DNA of 32,000 bases, from contig JASJDW010000020.1 in the NCBI GenBank assembly GCA_030064955.1, positions 4,310 through 36,309 on the forward strand, in the 5' to 3' direction. Positions within the stretch are counted from its first letter, which is position 1, and each line of letters opens with the position of its first letter. This document shows positions 26,497 to 32,000 of this stretch, one piece after another. A program made the translations under genes and the position numbers. The DNA is from Crocosphaera sp. (lineage in GTDB: Bacteria; Cyanobacteriota; Cyanobacteriia; Cyanobacteriales; Microcystaceae). The notes under the pieces were generated by a model. The model saw only the letters and a program-made list of their open reading frames with translations. It searched no databases and was not told where the DNA came from.

Positions 26497-26847
26497 TCAA
26501 ACAAGATTTAAAGCTATTTTTAAAGCTTTCTGTACTTTAATAGACAAATCGGGTGATAAGTTGCCCAATTTTCTTTGGAAAACCGATTTACTTACCGTAG
26601 CTATTTTATCTGCTCTTATTAAAGATGTTTTCTTCAAGCCTGTTTGTACAAATTGAGCATCACTATCTTGAATCAATACCCAACTATTTTGTAAATCAGC
26701 AGCAGGAATTTTGGAAAATATACCCACAATAATGACTTCTTCTCGATGTACCGCTAAAATTAGGGCAGGTCTTAATTTAGCAGAAGTTAGATCGCTAAAA
26801 GGAAATCTGACTAGCCATATTTCTCCAGGTTGAGGTTTAGGCATCAT
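26497..26847 (-). CDS. PemK/MazF family toxin (likely start at the internal Met near 26847/26844 rather than 26877)
   Basis: MMPKPQPGEIWLVRFPFSDLTSAKLRPALILAV...VIIVGIFSKIP...SLIRADKIATV; start overlaps the antitoxin stop. Confidence 0.85.
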   Translation of the reverse strand: MMPKPQPGEIWLVRFPFSDLTSAKLRPALILAVHREEVIIVGIFSKIPAADLQNSWVLIQDSDAQFVQTGLKKTSLIRADKIATVSKSVFQRKLGNLSPDLSIKVQKALKIALNLV

Positions 26848-27007
26848 AGATATCTTCTTCCTCATCGTTCCATTCACTAAAGCCAGTTTCAGCTAGTTGC
26901 ATCATGTGTAGCGTTTCTAGTTTTTCTTCTAAATCTTTTATTAGTGTTATTTGTTCTTGTATCGGTAACTCAAAGATCATTTGTTTTATTTCTTCTAATG
27001 TTGGCAT
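26837..27007 (-). CDS. Small antitoxin partner (56 aa), missed by ORF track
   Basis: Manual translation MPTLEEIKQMIFELPIQEQITLIKDLEEKLETLHMMQLAETGFSEWNDEEEDIYDA*; ATGATGCCTAA overlap with the PemK/MazF-like gene. Confidence 0.82.
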   Translation of the reverse strand: MPTLEEIKQMIFELPIQEQITLIKDLEEKLETLHMMQLAETGFSEWNDEEEDIYDA

Positions 27008-27019
27008 AGTTGTTAAATC

Positions 27020-27114
27020 GATCTAGTCATCTTGATTATTATTATCTCAAATTAAGGAAAGCGATCGCCAAAATATTTTACAAGGAAAACCCCTTAAACC
27101 AGGAACAGAACCTT
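27020..27114. repeat. Direct repeat copy 1, upstream of the TA operon
   Basis: GATCTAGTCATCTTGATTATTATTATCTCAAATTAAGGAAAGCGATCGCCAAAATATTTTACAAGGAAAACCCCTTAAACCAGGAACAGAACCTT. Confidence 0.9.
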
Positions 27115-27115
27115 T

Positions 27116-27547
27116 TTATCCATCGTTGATAATATCTTCCAAGCTGTATTTTCGTTCTTGAGGAAAGCGATCGCCATTGATACTACTCTTGGTTTTTTTG
27201 ACGGCAGCTTGATATGCTTTACCATAGAGAAAATCTAAACGTTGAGCGAGATGCTTGCGTAAATTAGTAGTTAATTTATTGTTAAGCTGTAGTCTGAATC
27301 CTGTTATTTCCGCTTCCCAATGATTGCGATTCCACTCCGATTGTTCGTACCAGTACTCAATTAGTAACAGATGAAGCATAATTAGGTAGGCAAATTGCTC
27401 CACCGATGACTTTTCGCCTCTTACCAATGCTTCTATCTCCTCAACTAAATTATCGATGTCTAAATGTTGAAAATTGCGATCGCGCAATAATTGTGCTTGT
27501 TCCAATAGCCAGGAATCATATTCTGTATCAATATTATGTTTTAACAT
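27116..27547 (-). CDS. DUF29 domain protein
   Basis: YDSWLLEQAQLLRDRNFQHLDIDNLVEEIEALVRGEKSSVEQFAYLIMLHLLLIEYWYEQ...HWEAEITGFRLQL. Confidence 0.85.
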   Translation of the reverse strand: MLKHNIDTEYDSWLLEQAQLLRDRNFQHLDIDNLVEEIEALVRGEKSSVEQFAYLIMLHLLLIEYWYEQSEWNRNHWEAEITGFRLQLNNKLTTNLRKHLAQRLDFLYGKAYQAAVKKTKSSINGDRFPQERKYSLEDIINDG

Positions 27548-27596
27548 AGTTCCTAAGACTTTAAAAATTAGCTGTTAGTCTTATTTTACTGTGCGA

Positions 27597-27689
27597 TCTA
27601 CTGGTCTTGATGATTATTGTCTCAAATTCAGGAAAGCGATCGCAAAAATATTTTACAAAGAAAACCCCTTAAACCAAGAACAGAACCTT
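27597..27689. repeat. Direct repeat copy 2, upstream of the DUF29 gene
   Basis: CTGGTCTTGATGATTATTGTCTCAAATTCAGGAAAGCGATCGCAAAAATATTTTACAAAGAAAACCCCTTAAACCAAGAACAGAACCTT; gap-free ~90% match to 27020-27114. Confidence 0.9.
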
Positions 27690-27761
27690 AATGTTAAATA
27701 TCCTATCGCTTAATAGAGGTACAAAAGCACTGTACACATCAAATTTTACCCATAGTGACTA

Positions 27762-27920
27762 TCAGCTAAGATCCCAAAATAAAACCCCCCACACATTACC
27801 AGTGTTGAGGGGTTCAATAAATTTTTTAAATGTTACCTTGATTTTAGCCAAGTCAATTCTCTTTTTTTCTGATGTATTTTTCAGAAGGTATTTTAGTTCG
27901 GGTAATTTGTTGAAAAACAT
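27762..27920 (-). CDS. Candidate small protein (52 aa)
   Basis: Preceded by AAAGGAGTAATTACAATG; MFFNKLPELKYLLKNTSEKKRIDLAKIKVTFKKFIEPLNTGNVWGVLFWDLS*; terminator hairpin overlaps its 3' end. Confidence 0.45.
   Translation of the reverse strand: MFFNKLPELKYLLKNTSEKKRIDLAKIKVTFKKFIEPLNTGNVWGVLFWDLS
27779..27822 (-). terminator. Rho-independent terminator
   Basis: Minus strand AACCCCTCAACACTGGTAATGTGTGGGGGGTTTTATTTTG: G/C-rich stem followed by a T-rich tract. Confidence 0.65.
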
Positions 27921-28195
27921 TGTAATTACTCCTTTTATTATATTTTGTAATACATCATAGCACAAAATTAATACCATGTCAGTCCCATAATTAGTATATA
28001 TTTGGTTAATCTAAGTGGAAATAAGTAGAAATTACTGGACAACCCACTTTTACCAGGAATAAATAAGGATATTGATAAAATATAATAAATTTGTATTGAG
28101 TCGTATAACTCCTTATTATCCGACTTATCAATCTATGATGCAATCGCTCAAGAATTATACCATTTTGATTAACTTGGACTACAGATGTTAATATT

Positions 28196-28223
28196 GTAGG
28201 GGTAAACGGCCGTTTACCCCTAC
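28196..28223. repeat. 28-bp perfect palindrome
   Basis: GTAGGGGTAAACGGCCGTTTACCCCTAC. Confidence 0.9.
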
Positions 28224-28265
28224 GAAAATGCGGGATATAGCAACAGAATTTAGTATTATTAATAA

Positions 28266-30158
28266 TCAACTACACCAAGTATCTTGCCATTTTACTGTTC
28301 CTTTTTCTACTAAAATCCAACGACGACTAACAATATTTTCTCTGATTGGTTTTTGGTTATCTCGAACAACCATATATTTATAAGTAATCGCTTTCCCTGC
28401 ACTTTCAGTAAAAGGAATTTCTCCAAACCAAGTATTATCATTAATGTATTCTAAAGCATAAGCTTTTGTCACATCCCAATTACCCAATTCTGGACAATTT
28501 CCTGTTACAACAATAGCTTCTCCTGGTTTCGTTTTTATTCCATTTAATTGAGCGCGAACAATGGTTTTACCCTTAACGCGATCGCCAATATAACTGATGA
28601 CAATAAATTCTTGAGATTCTAAAAATAAACCATTGATTTTTCCATCTTTTACTTCGATCTCTCTTTGAGTCATTAAACAATAATATTGACCATCTTCTAG
28701 TTCTACATTTTCTACATCTATGGTGATAGCATCTCCTTTATTAATAGCAATAAAACAACGAGAATCACGATAACGTCTTAAATAACAATAAACATCATTA
28801 CTGATATATTTTTCGATTTGACTCCCTAAAGAAACAGCAGGATTTAAACGTCTTAATTTAGATAATTTCTGAATCATTTGATAAATAGGTGTATCTTGAT
28901 TCCAACTTTCCATCATAGGACGATTATAAGGATCATGACCGCCATTTGTATTATTATAAATGTATTGTTCGGTACCATAATAAATACAAGGAATCCCTCG
29001 ACAAGTCATAATTAAACCTAATGCTAATGCTAATCGATTATGATCAGCATTTAAACTTAAAAATCGAGGCATATCATGGTTATCAACAAAAGTAATTAAT
29101 TCAGTAGCACTATTATATAAATAATCTTGGTTAAAAATATCCTGAATTAAATAAAATCCCCCTTCATTATTACTCCCCAAAGCATTACGAATAGACTGGG
29201 CTAACCCAAAGTCTAAAATAGACATTCCTGAATGGTTAGAAAAATGGGCAGATTGTCCATCTAGGGGATGACAATGTATCCATTCGCCAAAGATAAATAC
29301 AGAAGGTTTATGATTTTTGATATCGCTGGTAAATTCTTGCCAAAACCATAAAGGCATATGTTTAACGGTATCAATTCTTAACGCATCAATCCCTAAATTT
29401 AACCATTGTTTTATAGCTGTTTTAATATAATTACGATAGTCAATATTTTCTTCTTGAAATGTAGCTAAACCACATAACTCATATTCTTGTACTTGTTGTT
29501 GATTATCCCACTCCGTAATTTCAGGATTATGATAATACCAATTATTAGAATCATTGTAATAATCTGCAATTAAAACTCCATCATCATATAGCTTTCCTTT
29601 CTCTCCACTAACATCAGGACTACTATGATTACAAACAATATCTAAAATTAACTTCATTCCTCGCTCATGTAAACTATCGATCAGATTTTTTAAAGTTTTA
29701 CAACGAGTTAAAGAATTATCTTCATTAGGAGCTAAAAAACGAGGATTAATCCGCTTAAAATCCTTTGTCCAATAACCGTGCATTGCTGCTCTTTCTAACT
29801 GTAGAGCTTCCACTTGTTCAAATAACGGTGTTACCCAAATTGCTGTAATTCCTAACTGTTGTAAATAGTCAAGTTTGTTAATAATTCCTTGTAAATCGCC
29901 TCCCCAATATTTTCCCCATTGGTGTCTTGTTGGGTCATAAAGTTCAGGATTAAAACCAGAATTATTATTAGGTTCTCCATCCAAAAAACGATCAACCACA
30001 ATAAAATAAATTGTTTCTTGACGAAATTCAATGGCTCTTGTAAATAAAAATTCAAATTCAGATACTTTCTCCGATTCTACACTTTCTGTATAAAATCCTA
30101 AAGCGGCCTTATTCATTTCTGAATTATCTTGAGTTTGAAATGCTATTTGATTACTCAT
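28266..30158 (-). CDS. GH13 alpha-amylase family protein with C-terminal CBM20 starch-binding domain (likely start MSNQIAFQ; ORF track start 30284)
   Basis: FLDGEPNNNSGFNPELYDPTRHQWGKYWGGDLQGIINKLDYLQQLGITAIWVTPLFEQ...DIVCNHSSP...IDALRIDTVKHMP...IFGEW...FVDNHDMPRF; C-terminal VTGNCPELGNWDVTKAYAL...TYKYMV. Confidence 0.9.
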   Translation of the reverse strand: MSNQIAFQTQDNSEMNKAALGFYTESVESEKVSEFEFLFTRAIEFRQETIYFIVVDRFLDGEPNNNSGFNPELYDPTRHQWGKYWGGDLQGIINKLDYLQQLGITAIWVTPLFEQVEALQLERAAMHGYWTKDFKRINPRFLAPNEDNSLTRCKTLKNLIDSLHERGMKLILDIVCNHSSPDVSGEKGKLYDDGVLIADYYNDSNNWYYHNPEITEWDNQQQVQEYELCGLATFQEENIDYRNYIKTAIKQWLNLGIDALRIDTVKHMPLWFWQEFTSDIKNHKPSVFIFGEWIHCHPLDGQSAHFSNHSGMSILDFGLAQSIRNALGSNNEGGFYLIQDIFNQDYLYNSATELITFVDNHDMPRFLSLNADHNRLALALGLIMTCRGIPCIYYGTEQYIYNNTNGGHDPYNRPMMESWNQDTPIYQMIQKLSKLRRLNPAVSLGSQIEKYISNDVYCYLRRYRDSRCFIAINKGDAITIDVENVELEDGQYYCLMTQREIEVKDGKINGLFLESQEFIVISYIGDRVKGKTIVRAQLNGIKTKPGEAIVVTGNCPELGNWDVTKAYALEYINDNTWFGEIPFTESAGKAITYKYMVVRDNQKPIRENIVSRRWILVEKGTVKWQDTWCS

Positions 30159-30311
30159 GTAACTTTTATTTTTGGTAAAGTATAGCCGATACAAGGTGAA
30201 CGAAAAGGTTAGGTAAAAAGGAGCAGTTTTAGTTAGTAAATACTTCAAATAATTGATGTAACGGTCTTTCGGATGAGGCAGCAAAGCTTACTTTGTGACA
30301 GATTTTTCCCT

Positions 30312-30341
30312 TCTGCCTCCTGCCCTCTGCCTCCTGCCTCC
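30312..30341. repeat. CTGCCTC-like period-7 imperfect tandem repeat
   Basis: tctgcctcctgccctctgcctcctgcctcc. Confidence 0.6.
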
Positions 30342-30354
30342 TTCAAGCAGTCAT

Positions 30355-30999
30355 TTACAAATTTTGTAAGGTAACTAAAATTGATTCTGGATCAAGTCGT
30401 TTGGTATAATCAGCATTAATAGAAGCTAGAACAACTTGACCTTTTTGATTTATTACATAGGTAGCTGGAATGGGTAACTCAAAACTTTCATCCCCGTTAT
30501 AAGAAGGAATATCAATACCGAAATTCTGATAAATGGGACGTAAGGTTTCAGGAAGAATAAACACTAATCCTAACTTTTTAGCAAATTGATTTCCCACATC
30601 TGATAAAACCTCAAAAGTTAATTCATTTTTTTCTTGAGTAGAAAGAGAATTATCAGGAGTTTCAGGAGAAATAGCGACTAACGTTGCACCATAAGATTGA
30701 AACTTAGGAAGATATTGCTGAAGCTTTCTTAATTCTAAATTACAATAAGGACACCATCCACCTCGATACAAAGAAATAATAACAACATTTTTTTGCAGTA
30801 AACTTTTCAATTCTATTGTGTTACCAACGGCGTTAGGCAAACAAAAGTTAGGCATTTGCTCCCCTAGTTTAATTCCTTTTTCTGCAATATTTGACGCAAT
30901 TAAATCATTGGTTGTTTTATCCATAATTGTTTTGACTTCTTCTGGGTGTTGATCTCTGAGTTGTTTGCGAAGATTTTGTAATTCATTAGTTAGGTTCAT
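30355..30999 (-). CDS. Peroxiredoxin-like (AhpC/TSA family) protein
   Basis: KLGEQMPNFCLPNAVGNTIELKSLLQKNVVIISLYRGGWCPYCNLELRKLQQYLPKFQSYGATLVAISPETPDNSL. Confidence 0.88.
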   Translation of the reverse strand: MNLTNELQNLRKQLRDQHPEEVKTIMDKTTNDLIASNIAEKGIKLGEQMPNFCLPNAVGNTIELKSLLQKNVVIISLYRGGWCPYCNLELRKLQQYLPKFQSYGATLVAISPETPDNSLSTQEKNELTFEVLSDVGNQFAKKLGLVFILPETLRPIYQNFGIDIPSYNGDESFELPIPATYVINQKGQVVLASINADYTKRLDPESILVTLQNL

Positions 31000-31119
31000 A
31001 ATGTTGATCCAGTCATTATTTTTGAATGATTAATAATTGTACACTTTTAGAAAATGTCAGCAGAAATCCTTATCTATAAATTAAACTTCTGTGCGATAGC
31101 GCCGGAACGGAGTGAGGAA

Positions 31120-31144
31120 CTTCTGACTTCTGACTTCTGACTTC
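31120..31144. repeat. CTTCTGA heptamer tandem repeat (~3.6 copies)
   Basis: cttctgacttctgacttctgacttc. Confidence 0.85.
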
Positions 31145-31190
31145 ATTAAACTCCCCTCTTGCAAAAATTATATATAAACGCTAAAGTTAA

Positions 31191-31240
31191 TAGCAAGACC
31201 ATTTTCTTTATTAAATTCATAGATGTTAGCTATAGATGAA
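31191..31240. promoter_or_regulatory. Copy C of the ATAG-N7-CTAT element in the peroxiredoxin/LysR divergent region
   Basis: AGCAAGACCATTTTCTTTATTAAATTCATAGATGTTAGCTATAGATGAA; core 31219-31233 = ATAGaTgttAgCTAT. Confidence 0.6.
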
Positions 31241-32000
31241 TTTAGACCAGATTCACTATTTTTTAGCCATTGTTGAAACAGAAAGCTTTACCCAAGCTGC
31301 GGAGAAATTACTACTTTCTCAACCTTCCCTATCTAGTGCCATTAAAAAACTTGAACGGGAATTAGGGGTTATTTTATTTGATAGAGGGGGAAGACGTACC
31401 ACATTAACCCCCGCAGGAGAAGTTTTTTTAACAAAAGCTAGACAAATTCTCGAAGACTATGAACAAGCACTTTATCAACTTAGAGACTTCCATAAACAAC
31501 CAACGCTAAGATTAGGAATTCTCTCTACTTTATCTATTGCTAGTGTTGCTGGATTAATTCGTTGTTTTCGTCAAGAACATCCTGATATTATTCTTGAACT
31601 TCGTAGTAGTCATGCCGATGATCTTGATCGTTGTTTAGCAGAAAAAGAAATTGATTTAGCCATTACAGCATTAAATGAAACAGATAATACTGAAACTTCC
31701 CTAACATTATTTAATCAACATTTCTTATTAGGTGTTCCTTCCATTCATCCTTTTGCTCAAAGGGAAATTATTAACCTCAATGAATTAGATAATCAACCCT
31801 ATATTCAACGGATTAACTGTGAATTTTGGCGTGCTGATCCCTTAATATATGAATCAGCAGGAGTCTATCCTAATATGATTTATCGCGCTGACTGTGAAGA
31901 ATGGGTAATCGCTTTAATTCAAGCAGGGTTTGGTATGAGTGTCATGCCTGAATGGAAAAATTTATCAAATGTAGTCTATGTTGATATTGAAGAAATGAAT
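31236..32000 (+). CDS. LysR-family transcriptional regulator (truncated by window end)
   Basis: Manual translation MNLDQIHYFLAIVETESFTQAAEKLLLSQPSLSSAIKKLERELGVILFDRGGRRTTLTPAGEVFL...LRLGILSTLSIASVAGLIRCFRQEHPDIILEL. Confidence 0.92.
   Translation, partial: MNLDQIHYFLAIVETESFTQAAEKLLLSQPSLSSAIKKLERELGVILFDRGGRRTTLTPAGEVFLTKARQILEDYEQALYQLRDFHKQPTLRLGILSTLSIASVAGLIRCFRQEHPDIILELRSSHADDLDRCLAEKEIDLAITALNETDNTETSLTLFNQHFLLGVPSIHPFAQREIINLNELDNQPYIQRINCEFWRADPLIYESAGVYPNMIYRADCEEWVIALIQAGFGMSVMPEWKNLSNVVYVDIEEMN

Noticed and set aside
27691-27960. Plus-strand ORF of 89 aa
   Set aside because: Antisense to the better-supported small minus-strand ORF with SD and terminator; composition not protein-like.
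28006-28269. ORF of 87 aa on the minus strand
   Set aside because: Runs through the 28-bp palindrome, has no recognisable domain or clear SD, and looks like a chance reading of non-coding DNA.
1-32000. CRISPR arrays, rRNA or tRNA genes
   Set aside because: No regular repeat-spacer structure or recognisable tRNA/rRNA sequence found by eye; weak structured RNAs cannot be excluded without covariance searches.

Overview
This is a cyanobacterial chromosome segment (HIP1-type GCGATCGC sites, PEP-CTERM protein, cyanobacterial gene content). The clearest system is an all-minus-strand cluster at about 14,048-24,963. It holds a PP2C/SpoIIE phosphatase, two STAS anti-anti-sigma proteins and an RsbW-like kinase, interleaved with GlgX, an AGE-family epimerase, two ABM-domain proteins, an Old Yellow Enzyme, a DJ-1/PfpI protein and a CMD-family protein. 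From memory it resembles the Synechocystis icfG (slr1852-slr1862) region. A divergent IS200/IS605-type element (tnpA/tnpB, about 12.08-14.07 kb) abuts it and supplies the stop codon of the kinase gene. Other content: a partial Ser/Thr kinase, GST, DUF4126 and DUF1995 proteins, a probable RTX gene split by a frameshift next to a plant-PPO-like tyrosinase, hspA, a HemD-like protein, two DUF29 genes, an InrS/CsoR-like regulator, a NTP-transferase/pseudo-phosphomannomutase fusion, a PEP-CTERM protein, a PemK/MazF toxin with an antitoxin missed by the ORF track, a GH13+CBM20 amylase, and a peroxiredoxin divergent from a LysR regulator. The most notable non-coding signals are a ~45-bp element around ATAG-N7-CTAT present three times, a ~93-bp direct repeat (~90% identity) upstream of both the TA operon and a DUF29 gene, two structured palindromic insertions inside reading frames, a 28-bp perfect palindrome, and a decayed duplicate of the 5' end of the RTX-associated gene. 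I did not identify a clear wholly new system.
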